Shown here: piece by piece, positions 18,459-27,521 of the stretch | Layout: each line of letters opens with the position of its first letter | How positions within the stretch are numbered: the first letter of the stretch is position 1 | Assembly (NCBI GenBank): GCA_050031985.1 | Contig: JBNAIG010000018.1 | Location: forward strand, 28,781 to 92,780 | DNA from: Spirochaetaceae bacterium | Lineage (GTDB): Bacteria > Spirochaetota > Spirochaetia > DSM-2461 | Length of the DNA: 64,000 nucleotides | Direction: 5' to 3' | Notes under the pieces: generated by a model | Database searches by the model: none | What the model saw: only the letters and a program-made list of their open reading frames with translations | What the model was told of the DNA's origin: nothing | Position numbers and translations under genes: made by a program

Positions 18459-19568
18459 TTATAAAGTTGAACGAATTTCCCGGGAAATTTGGGAGGGGGT
18501 TTTGTTAAATTCTTTTTTGACCGCCCCATTAAATGTTGCCTTTGAGTTAAACCCGCATTCATGGGCTATGGCAAGAAAGGTAAAATCGGGGAAACGGTTT
18601 TCCTTTAGGCACGCTTTGAATTCCCGTGCCCTGTATCCATTGATGAAATGAAAGAAATTTTCTCCTGTTTCGTTGTTTATCAGTCGGGAGAGATCATTTC
18701 TTCCTATACCCGTTTCATCGGAGAGCTTCTGCAGGGAGAGGTTATTGTCCAAATAGATGCGGCTGTTGTTCATAAAACGGTCGAGCTCGTTGAATTTTCC
18801 GCCGCCGGAGCTTTTTACTTTTTTCAAGTCCGAAGGGGTGGGGGCTTTTGTCATCAGAAGCTCCGGTTTTTGCCTTTCCTGAAACTGGGCCAAAAGAGTA
18901 AAAAGGAAAAGAAAAATCAATACGGCCAGGGCGTGTAGTATATCAATAAATTCCGGGTCACCCAGGAATCTCTGCACCCGGGGAGGGCGGGAAGGGGCCA
19001 GATGGAAGAAAATCGTTACCGTCAGAGCCACCGTTACAGTGATTAGCATGAGAGCTGCTGCCATATAGCTCAGCCATCTGATCTCTTTGAATGTATCTCT
19101 GTAGGAAAGCTGGTTCTTTAACCTTTGGCCGTAACGGGAGAGGGAGATAAAAATCAACGTACTATAGCTCAAAAGAGAAAGCAGATTTGTCTGCCCGTAA
19201 ATCTTGGGAAGCCCCGGGAGCTGTATTTGTCTGCCGATGGTGAATTGAAACAGTATCCACCAGATGAGAAAGGGAAGGAGGTGGAGCCCGTCTTTTATCT
19301 GCCCCTTCCGTCCCATACAGGCTCGGGCATATAAGTAAAGAGTTGGCCCCAGCAGTAACACCCAGTGCCTTGTGGGAAGTTTTTCCAGGAACAGGCTTTG
19401 TTCTTCACCTACATGATTTTGAATGAGAGAAGGGATTTGGGAGAGGGCCAGGATGATTATTATGGCCATAAGATACTTCCGTGACAGGGTTTTCCGATTC
19501 ATAGAAAGGACCTGGAGTAAGGAATAAAGCGATAGGGTGACAATTGAGGTGACAAGGGCGCCGTGCAT
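18459..19568 (-). CDS. Membrane-anchored AraC family transcriptional regulator (multi-TM N-terminal domain with C-terminal HTH)
   Basis: About 6 TM helices in the N-terminal 230 aa. C-terminal LQKLSDETGIGRNDLSRLINNETGENFFHFINGYRAREFKACL...LAIAHECGFNSKATFNGAVKKEFNKTPSQ is an AraC HTH. Confidence 0.75.
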   Translation of the reverse strand: MHGALVTSIVTLSLYSLLQVLSMNRKTLSRKYLMAIIIILALSQIPSLIQNHVGEEQSLFLEKLPTRHWVLLLGPTLYLYARACMGRKGQIKDGLHLLPFLIWWILFQFTIGRQIQLPGLPKIYGQTNLLSLLSYSTLIFISLSRYGQRLKNQLSYRDTFKEIRWLSYMAAALMLITVTVALTVTIFFHLAPSRPPRVQRFLGDPEFIDILHALAVLIFLFLFTLLAQFQERQKPELLMTKAPTPSDLKKVKSSGGGKFNELDRFMNNSRIYLDNNLSLQKLSDETGIGRNDLSRLINNETGENFFHFINGYRAREFKACLKENRFPDFTFLAIAHECGFNSKATFNGAVKKEFNKTPSQISREIRSTL

Positions 19569-19576
19569 ATAGGTCT

Positions 19577-20956
19577 CTATCCCATGACCTTCTTAAGAAT
19601 CTTAAGCTGATTGGGGTAGCGGTGATATCTAAAAGGTGTATCTATGAGGGCTGATTTCTTTAAGAGAGCCCTTTCGTGGGAGAAGGTCTGAAAGCTTTTC
19701 TTCCCGTGATAACTGCCCATTCCGCTCTGTCCTATGCCTCCGAAGGGGAGATTGGCGTTGGCCAGGTGGACCACCACATCGTTGATACAGCCGCCCCCAA
19801 AGGAGAGGTTTGACAGAAGCTCTGTCTGGAAGCTCTTGCTTTCGCTAAAGAGATAAAGCGCCAGAGGGGTGGGATGGCGGTGAACAATTTCTTCCGCCTC
19901 TTCCCGCGTCTTATAGGTCATAATCGGGAGAAGGGGGCCAAAAATCTCCCCGGCCATGATGGGCTCGTCTCCTTGAACAGGGTAGAGGAGGGTGGGGGAT
20001 ATCTTTTGCTCTTCCACCTGTCTCTCACCACCGGCGTAAATCTTTGATTGGGAAAGAAGCTCCGATAGGCGGTCAAAGTGGCGCTGGTTTATGATCTTGG
20101 GATAGTCTGCGTAATGTTCGGCTTTTTCCGTGTAGAACAGGGCCATATTTCTTTTAAGGGCTTCCAGTAGTTCTTCCACAATGCTTTCGTGGGCCACCAC
20201 ATAGTCCGGGGCCACGCAGGTTTGTCCCGCATTGAGAAATTTTCCCCAGGCAATCCGCCGGGCCGCCGTCTCTATACGGGCTGTTTCATCCACTATGCAG
20301 GGGCTTTTTCCTCCCAGCTCCAGACACACCGGGGTTAAGTGGGCGGCGGCCTTTTCCATGATAATTTTTCCCACTCCCGTGCTGCCCGTAAAGAAGATAA
20401 AGTCAAACTTCTCTTCCAAAAGGGTCCGGCTCACCTCTACATCACCGTCAAAAAGGGCTACCAACTCCGGGGGAAAGCAGCTTTCCACAATCTCCTTCAT
20501 AACCTGTGTTGTGGCCGGTGAGTCTTCGGAAGGTTTGATGATAACCGTATTTCCCGCAGCGACGGCACCCACAAGGGGGGCAAAGGTGAGCTGGAAGGGA
20601 TAGTTCCAGGGGGAGATGAGGAGAACCCCGCCGTAGGGGTGGTATTCTATGCGGCTGGCCGAAGGGAAGTGGGCCAGAGGCGTTTTTACCCTTTTTGTCC
20701 GGGACAGCTTATAGGTGTTTTTAATAAAATAACGGATTTCTTCCCGAACCAGAGAGATTTCCGTCATATAGGCCTCTCCGTCGGACTTGCCCAAATCGGC
20801 CTGGAGAGCCTTCATTATATCCTTTTCTCTGAGACTGATTTCCCGAAGAAACCCCTTGAGGTACATAACCCGGGTTTTCAAATTTCGTGTATGGCCCTCT
20901 TTAAAAAAGGTTCGCTGGTCTTCTATTACTTGCATGATTTTTGCTGGGTCTGTCAT
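19577..20956 (-). CDS. NAD(P)-dependent aldehyde dehydrogenase family protein
   Basis: ALDH motifs: FTGSTGVGKII, catalytic ELGGKSP, and LNAGQTCVAPDY with the catalytic Cys. 459 aa. Confidence 0.85.
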   Translation of the reverse strand: MTDPAKIMQVIEDQRTFFKEGHTRNLKTRVMYLKGFLREISLREKDIMKALQADLGKSDGEAYMTEISLVREEIRYFIKNTYKLSRTKRVKTPLAHFPSASRIEYHPYGGVLLISPWNYPFQLTFAPLVGAVAAGNTVIIKPSEDSPATTQVMKEIVESCFPPELVALFDGDVEVSRTLLEEKFDFIFFTGSTGVGKIIMEKAAAHLTPVCLELGGKSPCIVDETARIETAARRIAWGKFLNAGQTCVAPDYVVAHESIVEELLEALKRNMALFYTEKAEHYADYPKIINQRHFDRLSELLSQSKIYAGGERQVEEQKISPTLLYPVQGDEPIMAGEIFGPLLPIMTYKTREEAEEIVHRHPTPLALYLFSESKSFQTELLSNLSFGGGCINDVVVHLANANLPFGGIGQSGMGSYHGKKSFQTFSHERALLKKSALIDTPFRYHRYPNQLKILKKVMG

Positions 20957-20967
20957 TTTTTCCTCTC

Positions 20968-21504
20968 TTACTGGAGCCAGGCTTCCAGGCTTTCCTCTGT
21001 TATGCCGTATTGGGCGGCCAATGCGCCCAGGGCTTTTTGATCTTCTTCGCTTAAGGTGAATTCTCCCGTGATGGCAAAGTCCTCCATGGCCCGGTCTATA
21101 ATCTCCTTCCCCTCCTCAAAGTCCCGGGGGGCTATTTCTAACTCCTCCCGAATCTCCTCAAAGGTACTCTCGGGCAGGGAAGTGTAAATATGGTGGGCCT
21201 GTTGGACCAACTCTTCCTGTGACGTTCCTGCCAGGGTCGCTTTTCGCAGTTCTTTTACCTCTGCGGAGACACCGGATTTCTGGACAATATTGTAGACATT
21301 GACTGCCTTTTCCAGAGTTTCCTTCTTCTCTTCGGAGTAACCGATCCTTGTAGCGGCATAGGAAACAGCTGCTTGGGGAACAGGGGCTTTGCCGTTAAAT
21401 AGGGCCACAACGTAGATGACCGCAGCCACAATCAAGGCCAGGATGGTAAGTAACACTATTTTGATAATCTTTCCTGCGAGGGAGGATTTGTTATTCTCTG
21501 ACAT
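20968..21504 (-). CDS. Hypothetical N-terminally anchored protein
   Basis: Single N-terminal TM (IIKIVLLTILALIVAAVIYVVALF) followed by an acidic helical soluble domain. No recognisable motif. Confidence 0.4.
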   Translation of the reverse strand: MSENNKSSLAGKIIKIVLLTILALIVAAVIYVVALFNGKAPVPQAAVSYAATRIGYSEEKKETLEKAVNVYNIVQKSGVSAEVKELRKATLAGTSQEELVQQAHHIYTSLPESTFEEIREELEIAPRDFEEGKEIIDRAMEDFAITGEFTLSEEDQKALGALAAQYGITEESLEAWLQ

Positions 21505-21806
21505 AGGGGTGTACTCCTTTCCTGAATCTTACTGTCTTTCCCGGTAGGTGGCAATGAAAATCGTCCAAAAGGTGGTTCCCTTTGACAGGGAGGATCGGAG
21601 TTCACCTTTTGCGTGGGTTAAAATGACACTAGTGTGTCAAAATACCTTTTCAGAAGGCTGATTATCTTGTTGTGTAGCTTAATGACTCACTTGGGTCAAA
21701 AAATCAGACTTTAATTGCCTTTGTAGGATGTGGGAAAATTAATAAAGAAATGGAAAAATTTTTAAATCCTTTTAATATAGGTAGATAAGGGTTTCTAATG
21801 TCAACT

Positions 21807-21822
21807 TGGCACAGCTTATGCA
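21807..21822 (+). promoter_or_regulatory. Sigma-54-like promoter upstream of hsp20
   Basis: TGGCAC-AGCTTA-TGCA, with GG and GC at canonical spacing. The -12 element is aTGCA (one mismatch). About 125 nt upstream of ATG 21946. Confidence 0.55.
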
Positions 21823-21945
21823 TTATAAGTCGGTGTAAGAGGCGCTTGTAAAAGAGCCGCCTGGGAAGGGTTCCTTTCCCAAGGCTTTTCTGCAAGCCCC
21901 TCAAAAAATTAAATGATCGTGCCAAAGGGCACCATGGAGGATGAT

Positions 21946-22380
21946 ATGAACTATATGGTAACAAGAAACAGAGTAAACGACGTGGACAGACTTTTCGATT
22001 CTTTCTTTAACTGGAATGAAGCACCCAAGACTGCCGCATCCCGCGTACCCGCTGTGGATATCACCGAATCGGAAAAGGGTTATGAAATCGTAGCTGAACT
22101 TCCCGGATTTTCCGAAGAGGAACTGGATCTTCAGGTTAAGGATAATCTCCTTACCATAACCGCCGAAAAAATGGAAAAGGCAGAAAAGAAAGACGAAGCC
22201 GATGAGGTACGCTACCTTAAGAGGGAAAGATCGGTAAAATCTTTTAAGAGGAGCTTTTACCTTCCCAAGGACGCTACCAATGAAAGTATCGAAGCGGTAT
22301 TCAAGAATGGGCTCTTGAGCCTGTCCATCGCCAAGAAAGAGGAGGCCAAGCCTATGGCAATTAAGGTGAAAACCAAATAA
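21946..22380 (+). CDS. Hsp20/alpha-crystallin family small heat-shock protein
   Basis: ACD-domain motifs (VDITESEKGYEIVAELPGFSEEELDLQVKDNLLTI...SFKRSFYLPKDA...KNGLLSLSI). Start chosen at ATG 21946 with GGAGG 7 nt upstream (track ORF begins at 21913). A sigma-54-like promoter lies upstream and a strong terminator downstream. Confidence 0.85.
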   Translation: MNYMVTRNRVNDVDRLFDSFFNWNEAPKTAASRVPAVDITESEKGYEIVAELPGFSEEELDLQVKDNLLTITAEKMEKAEKKDEADEVRYLKRERSVKSFKRSFYLPKDATNESIEAVFKNGLLSLSIAKKEEAKPMAIKVKTK

Positions 22381-22422
22381 TCCTACGGCTGGTACGAAAG
22401 GAACTATAAACAATGATGCAGA

Positions 22423-22453
22423 CCGGAGCCCCGAGGGACTCCGGTTTTTTTAT
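22423..22453 (+). terminator. Rho-independent terminator after hsp20
   Basis: CCGGAGCCCCGAGGGACTCCGG hairpin (6+3 bp stem) followed by TTTTTTTAT. Confidence 0.8.
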
Positions 22454-22460
22454 GGCCTGA

Positions 22461-23744
22461 TTATTTCGTGGCGGCTTTTAGGGCCTGGTCAAAGTCGGCA
22501 ATAATGTCTTCCGCCTTTTCCAGTCCCACCGATACGCGGACCAGATCGGGCAGTACGCCGCAGGCTTTTTGCTGTTCGTCGTTCAGCTGGCGGTGGGTCA
22601 TGCTGGCCGGATGAAGCACGCAGGTGCGGATATCGGCCACGTGAACCTGAATGGTGGCCAGTTCCAGGGCGTCCATCATGGCTTCGCTTGCCGCCCGGCC
22701 TCCCTTGACACCAAAGGTCAGTACGCCGCTGCAGCCACGCAGGTATTTTTTGGCATTTTTATAGTCTTCGTCCCCTTCCAGGCCGGGATACTTTACCCAG
22801 GCTACCCGGTCGTCAGCCTCGAGCCATTTGGCCACTTTGAGGGCGTTCTCCGCGTGTCGGTCCATCCGCACATGGAGGGTTTCCAGGCCCAGGTTGCAGA
22901 GCCAGGCATTTTGCGGGGCCATGTAGGCTCCAAAGTCACGGGTCAGTTGAACACGGGCTTTCACAATGTAAGCCGCCTCGCCAAAGGTTTCCGTGTAAGA
23001 AAGGCCGTGGTAGGAGGGGTCGGGCTCGCTCAGTTCGGGGTATTTTCCATTGGCCCAGTTAAAGTTACCCCCGTCTACAATCACACCGCCCACGCTGGTG
23101 GCATGGCCGTCGATGTATTTGGTGGCCGAATGAATAACAATATTTGCCCCGTGCTGAATGGGGTTGCAAAAGTAGGGGGTGGGGAAGGTGTTGTCCACAA
23201 TAAGGGGAACGTCCATCTCTTTGGCTATGGCGGAGAATTTATCCAGGTCCAGAACCTCTGTCCCCGGGTTGGTCAAAACTTCTCCAAAAAGGGCCCGCGT
23301 TTCGGGGCGGAAGGCCGCTTTTATCTCTTCGGCAGAAGCGTTCTGGTCAACGAAGGTAAAGTCGATTCCCAGTTTTCGCAGGGTGTGTTCGAAGAGGTTG
23401 AAGGTTCCTCCGTAGAGCTTGGTGGAGGCCACAACGTGCTGTCCCGTTCCGGCAATGTTCATAATGGCGAAGGCCGAAGCGGTCTGACCGGCAGAGGTGG
23501 CCAGGGCGCCCACTCCCCCTTCGAGGGAGGCCATTTTCTTTTCGAAGGCATCCACCGTGGGGTTGGAGATGCGTGAATACATGTGACCTTCCACCTTGAG
23601 GTCAAAGAGGTCCGCCACAGCCTGGGCCGTATCGTAGGCGTAGGTCGTGCTCTGTACTATCGGCAGTACCCGGGGTTCTCCGTTTTTCGGTTCGTATCCC
23701 GCCTGGATGGTTCGCGTTTCAAATCCCCAATCCTTCTTATCCAT
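22461..23744 (-). CDS. metY: O-acetylhomoserine aminocarboxypropyltransferase/sulfhydrylase (PLP-dependent, Cys/Met metabolism family)
   Basis: ETRTIQAGYEP...PIVQSTTYAYD...YSRISNPTVDAFEKKMASLEGG. PLP-lysine region IVIHSATKYIDGHATSVGG. Likely start is MDKKDWGF at 23744 (track ORF extends to 23816). Confidence 0.85.
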   Translation of the reverse strand: MDKKDWGFETRTIQAGYEPKNGEPRVLPIVQSTTYAYDTAQAVADLFDLKVEGHMYSRISNPTVDAFEKKMASLEGGVGALATSAGQTASAFAIMNIAGTGQHVVASTKLYGGTFNLFEHTLRKLGIDFTFVDQNASAEEIKAAFRPETRALFGEVLTNPGTEVLDLDKFSAIAKEMDVPLIVDNTFPTPYFCNPIQHGANIVIHSATKYIDGHATSVGGVIVDGGNFNWANGKYPELSEPDPSYHGLSYTETFGEAAYIVKARVQLTRDFGAYMAPQNAWLCNLGLETLHVRMDRHAENALKVAKWLEADDRVAWVKYPGLEGDEDYKNAKKYLRGCSGVLTFGVKGGRAASEAMMDALELATIQVHVADIRTCVLHPASMTHRQLNDEQQKACGVLPDLVRVSVGLEKAEDIIADFDQALKAATK

Positions 23745-23895
23745 ATTCACAGCTCTCCTTCTCCGGTAATGTACCGGATAAATCCAGATGATAGGTAAAA
23801 TAGGACGAGTCGTCAAGCGTGGTCGGATAGCTTATTTTTCATCTTTTTTATTAAGGAATTGCGATTTTACACACTGTGTACTAAGATAGGGGGAG

Positions 23896-25023
23896 ATGGT
23901 AGAACGTTTCCTTGCAGCCGATTTATGTCTTTTCCTCTTTTTTGTCCTATCCATGATAACCCTTCTTCTCTGGCAAAAAAAGGGAACCTGCTCCTATAAG
24001 GAAAGACTATTTATGGGGCTTTGCCTGAGCACTATGGCTATGCTGATTTTGGATGTGATTTTTCGTTTTACCGACGGCGGGCCCAGTAGACCCCTTATTT
24101 ATCTTGTCACCTGGCTCTATTTTTTGGTTGAGCCCATTCCCATGACACTTTGGCTCTGTTATCTGGATTATTATCTTTACAATTCCCGGGAGAGGCTGAG
24201 AAAGCGCCTCTATTACAGCCCCTTTTTTCTCATTATCCTTGTCTTCCTTGTGGTGAGTTTTTTCAATGGGGCTGTTTTTTCTATAGACGGGGAAAACTTT
24301 TATAGGCGGGGGCCGTTTGTTCCTCTTATCGTCAGCTTTAATATTATAATTCTCCTTGGCACAATTATTATTGCCCTTAGGAGAAAGCGAGACGTGGGGC
24401 AGAGAGTTTTTCAGGCCCTTGTCCTGTTCAGTCTTATTCCTCTTTTGGGGAACCTTTTGCAGTTTTTCTTTGACGGAACCATTCTTATTTGGCCCACCGT
24501 TGCGGTAGCAGTTACTTATGCTTTTCTCTTCCTCGAATTTCAGAGAGAGCAGAAGGATTACCTCACAGGCTTACTGAACAGGCAGCAGATTGACGATATT
24601 ATCCATAACCGAATCTCCCAGCTGGAAAGGAGAGGGGGATTTACCCTGGTAATGGTAGATATGGATGACTTTAAGCTGATTAATGACGAATATGGTCATA
24701 AGGAAGGGGATCGGGCCCTTGTTTTGATTTCCGAACTTATCTATTCCTCGGTACGCGCAGTGGACCGGGTGGCCCGTTTTGGGGGAGATGAGTTCGTTAT
24801 TCTTCTGGAAGAGGAGGATCAAGGGGAAGTGGAAAAGGTTCTGAGCCGTCTTAAGGAGCTCGTCGATTCGGAAAAGAGGAACAGGTCTTACCCCTATAAA
24901 CTGGATTTGAGTTGCGGCTATAAAATAATTCTTCCCGGAGAAACGCGCGGCTACTATGACCTGGTCCATGAGGCGGACCAGGAGATGTATCGTATTAAGA
25001 GAGCAAAGAAGTCGGTCTCTTAA
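23896..25023 (+). CDS. Membrane-bound diguanylate cyclase (GGDEF domain)
   Basis: About 6 TM helices, then LTGLLNRQQID...VMVDMDDFKLINDEYGHKEGDRAL...RFGGDEFVILL. Confidence 0.8.
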   Translation: MVERFLAADLCLFLFFVLSMITLLLWQKKGTCSYKERLFMGLCLSTMAMLILDVIFRFTDGGPSRPLIYLVTWLYFLVEPIPMTLWLCYLDYYLYNSRERLRKRLYYSPFFLIILVFLVVSFFNGAVFSIDGENFYRRGPFVPLIVSFNIIILLGTIIIALRRKRDVGQRVFQALVLFSLIPLLGNLLQFFFDGTILIWPTVAVAVTYAFLFLEFQREQKDYLTGLLNRQQIDDIIHNRISQLERRGGFTLVMVDMDDFKLINDEYGHKEGDRALVLISELIYSSVRAVDRVARFGGDEFVILLEEEDQGEVEKVLSRLKELVDSEKRNRSYPYKLDLSCGYKIILPGETRGYYDLVHEADQEMYRIKRAKKSVS

Positions 25024-26129
25024 TATTTGTACTTCATTCCCCCCATGAGGGAGAAATTTTCCCCGTGGAAGGTGTCGTTATCCCCCCCCAGAGCTGCCGA
25101 GGCGAAGCCTTGAAAGCTGAATCCCTGATAGACATTCCAGTCCGCTCCTATGGTTAGCTGCCCCGATTGGTCCACCGGCGACAGAACGGCCATGACCGGG
25201 ACGGACATTTTTCCCCATTCAAAGACCAGTTCCGGGTAGAGGTAGAGGCCGTAGGAATCGGCTTCGGCCTGTTCTTCCCACTCCCCCCAGGGATAAAGTA
25301 AAGCTTCCAGCCGGGCGGAGAGGGTTCCGCTGTATCCCAGACCAAACTGACGAAAAAGCCCGGCCGATATATTGACCGTTTCCCGGGTGTTCTCTTCCCA
25401 GTCCCCATTCTCAAAGGGCACAGCCAGGGAGGCAGAACCGTACCAGTCCACTTCGCCGTAGCCGTGGAGGCTCAGGTAGGGGCGGTGGCCGGTGACATCG
25501 CCGTCGGTTTTTTCCTGGCCCTTACAGAGGTAACCCAGTTCCAGATCCCCCCCGCCCAGGGAGCTGACGTAACGGCCGCCGGCGCTGGTCTGGGTTATGG
25601 TCGTTTCCTCTGCGCTGTCCGTATCGGTGGGATCTATTTCCGATGTGGCGGGCATGACTATGGCTTCCAGGTAGTTCCGGCCCATGCTGTAGCGGACCAG
25701 GGTAAGGAGGGCTGTGTCGTCCCGGGCTTCGTCGGCGGTCAAATCCACCGAGGGGTCCAGGCTGCCGTAGAGAACGTCCCCCGCGTTAAACACCTGGCCG
25801 TCTCCCCAGCCAATGCGGGTTTTCCCCATGGTGATCCGAAGGGAGGGAAATTGGACTTTGAGGGAGGCCTTGTCCAGATTTACCAGAGTCAGGTTGTCCA
25901 TGGGGATGAAATTCAGGGAGAGCTCCCCCCGAACGTCTCTGCTCCCGGTGGATTGAACGGACAGGTCTGCCGAGCCGCTTCCGCCGTAGCTCCACTCTTC
26001 TGTGGTATCTTCGTCTGTGTAATTATGGCTAAGAGCTTGGAGAATCTCCAGTTCCGCCGTTACTTGAGTTTCCGCCCCCAGGGGGAGAAGAGTTATTAAT
26101 GACAATAATAGGCCTATGTTTTTTTTCAT
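25020..26129 (-). CDS. Putative outer-membrane beta-barrel protein (hypothetical)
   Basis: Signal peptide MKKNIGLLLSLITLLPLGA (start at 26129; the track ORF begins further upstream in the GC-rich region). Alternating amphipathic beta-strand pattern, C-terminal ...GGMKYKY aromatic terminus. Confidence 0.45.
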   Translation of the reverse strand: MKKNIGLLLSLITLLPLGAETQVTAELEILQALSHNYTDEDTTEEWSYGGSGSADLSVQSTGSRDVRGELSLNFIPMDNLTLVNLDKASLKVQFPSLRITMGKTRIGWGDGQVFNAGDVLYGSLDPSVDLTADEARDDTALLTLVRYSMGRNYLEAIVMPATSEIDPTDTDSAEETTITQTSAGGRYVSSLGGGDLELGYLCKGQEKTDGDVTGHRPYLSLHGYGEVDWYGSASLAVPFENGDWEENTRETVNISAGLFRQFGLGYSGTLSARLEALLYPWGEWEEQAEADSYGLYLYPELVFEWGKMSVPVMAVLSPVDQSGQLTIGADWNVYQGFSFQGFASAALGGDNDTFHGENFSLMGGMKYKY

Positions 26130-26273
26130 CCTTTCCTCTGTTTTGCTGCGATGCGCCAGGGGGCGGCAGGGCGGCGCAGCCGGTCCTTCTGAAGGAAGGA
26201 CGGGAGCGAAGCGCACCCCGAAAGCACCCGGTCCCCCGCGAGGGGGAGGCGCCCCAAAAATACCGATTCGCTC
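26130..26273. other. GC-rich (about 70% GC) structured intergenic element between an FtsX permease gene and an OM beta-barrel gene
   Basis: Multiple hairpins (CCCCCGCGAGGGGG, TGCGCC...GGCGCA, TCCTTCtgaagGAAGGA) in a genome that is otherwise about 50% GC. No flanking T-run typical of a simple terminator. Confidence 0.4.
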
Positions 26274-27521
26274 CTAGGCGGCGCGGATCTCGTCGGTAAT
26301 GGGTTTCTTGATGATTTTGCGGACCGAGAGCCAGGTGACGCTCAGGCAAATGGCTATTCCTGCAATCAGGCCGTAGAGGTAGCTCGGGCCGTTCCAAACG
26401 CCGTGTATGAGGCCGGTAAAACGGTAGCCCATGTTAAAGTCCCGCATCATCCAGGAAAAATCCCAGCCATAGCGGACCAGGGGGATGTTGCCTAGAACGG
26501 CCAGAACCAGCCCCACAAAGGAACCCATAAGTCCAATCAGGATGGCCTCAAAGAGAAAAAGGCGGCGAACGGCGCTCTCCTTCATGCCCAAAGAGCGCAT
26601 CATCCCGATCTCCGGCTGACGCTCCATTACGGACATGAGCATGGTGTTGGCCAGCCCCACCGAGGCGATGATAAAAACGAGGAAGAGGATCACTCCGCTG
26701 CTGTAGCTGTCTCCTGCGGCCATCGCCAGATAATCGGCGGACCAGTCCCGCCACCCGTGGTATTCCAGGCCGTATTTGTCGGCCAGGGCTAGAAGGGCTT
26801 GTTCCGCCCGTATCTGTTCCCGGCGGCTCAGGGGCAGATCCACAAGCACCATGGTAGAAGCTCCTTCCATAGCCAGATAGTAGTCCGCCGTGTCCAGGGG
26901 AATAAAGAGGTAGGAACGGTTGATTTGGGCGTTCGGGGAGTTTACCAGGCCCACAATTTCCAGGTCCATCGCCTCCCGGGAGCCCCAGCGGTCAATCATC
27001 TGCAGGGTCAGTTCATCGCCTGGCTGGAGGCCCATATCCTGGGCGAGCCATTCCCCTATGGCAGCCTCTTCCAGCCCGGCTTGGGGGAAGCGTCCTTCTT
27101 TTAGGGTTTCCCGAATCCGGTTGACCCGGGTGTCTTCTTCCGGCTCCAGGGCGGTGACTATGACGGGAAAGCTGCCTCCCACTCCGGACCGGGTCACGGC
27201 GGTGGCGTCCCATTCGTTGCGCTTCACAGCCGGGATGCCCTTATCGGCCAGTTCCCTAATCAGCAGGTCCGGATCTTCAATTACCTCTTCCAGAGGCCGA
27301 TCCTTCCAATCCTCCCAGTATTCGGGGGTGACCAAACGGCCCTGGGACATCTCATAGTAGATCAAAGCCAGCTCCGACTCGCTCCGGGCCCCGATCAGCA
27401 GGGAATCGAGAAGGATGAAGCCTGCAATGCCCACAGCCAGAACGGCCATGGTAATGAGGGTGCGCCTTTTGTAGCGGAACAGGTTTTTGCCCGCCAGGCG
27501 TATAAGATAAAGGTGTTTCAT
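26274..27521 (-). CDS. ABC transporter permease, FtsX/MacB/LolC-E family (4 TM with large periplasmic loop)
   Basis: N-terminal LIRLAGKNLFRYKRRTLITMAVLAVGIAGFILL, a large periplasmic domain, and C-terminal FtsX-like 3-TM bundle. Start overlaps the stop of the LolA-like gene. Confidence 0.8.
   Translation of the reverse strand: MKHLYLIRLAGKNLFRYKRRTLITMAVLAVGIAGFILLDSLLIGARSESELALIYYEMSQGRLVTPEYWEDWKDRPLEEVIEDPDLLIRELADKGIPAVKRNEWDATAVTRSGVGGSFPVIVTALEPEEDTRVNRIRETLKEGRFPQAGLEEAAIGEWLAQDMGLQPGDELTLQMIDRWGSREAMDLEIVGLVNSPNAQINRSYLFIPLDTADYYLAMEGASTMVLVDLPLSRREQIRAEQALLALADKYGLEYHGWRDWSADYLAMAAGDSYSSGVILFLVFIIASVGLANTMLMSVMERQPEIGMMRSLGMKESAVRRLFLFEAILIGLMGSFVGLVLAVLGNIPLVRYGWDFSWMMRDFNMGYRFTGLIHGVWNGPSYLYGLIAGIAICLSVTWLSVRKIIKKPITDEIRAA

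Noticed and set aside
21540-21900. Possible CRISPR, tRNA or mobile element in the large AT-rich intergenic region upstream of hsp20
   Set aside because: No direct repeats of CRISPR type, no tRNA-like cloverleaf (no GGTTCGAATCC-type T-arm anywhere in the window), and no terminal inverted repeats. It is best explained as a promoter or regulatory region.
22423-22453. Bidirectional terminator also serving the convergent metY-like gene
   Set aside because: On the minus-strand transcript the hairpin is preceded, not followed, by the U-run. It is therefore only convincingly a plus-strand (hsp20) terminator.
22569-23576. 335-aa plus-strand ORF rich in Gly, Val and His
   Set aside because: It is antisense to the metY-like gene, which has clear PLP-enzyme motifs. 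Long antisense frames are typical of GC-skewed third positions.
23745-23895. SAM riboswitch upstream of the metY-like gene
   Set aside because: The leader has one small hairpin (TCCGGtacattaCCGGA) next to the RBS but none of the conserved S-box, SAM-II or SAM-V sequence blocks that I can recognise. A covariance-model scan would be needed before calling it.
25464-26099. 211-aa plus-strand ORF
   Set aside because: Antisense to the OM beta-barrel gene. Gly/Ala/Val-rich low complexity.
26029-26397. Arg/Pro/Gly-rich ORFs (26029..26397 minus, 26099..26299 plus)
   Set aside because: These are products of the GC-rich intergenic element. They have extreme composition, no RBS, and overlap the real FtsX and OMP gene ends.
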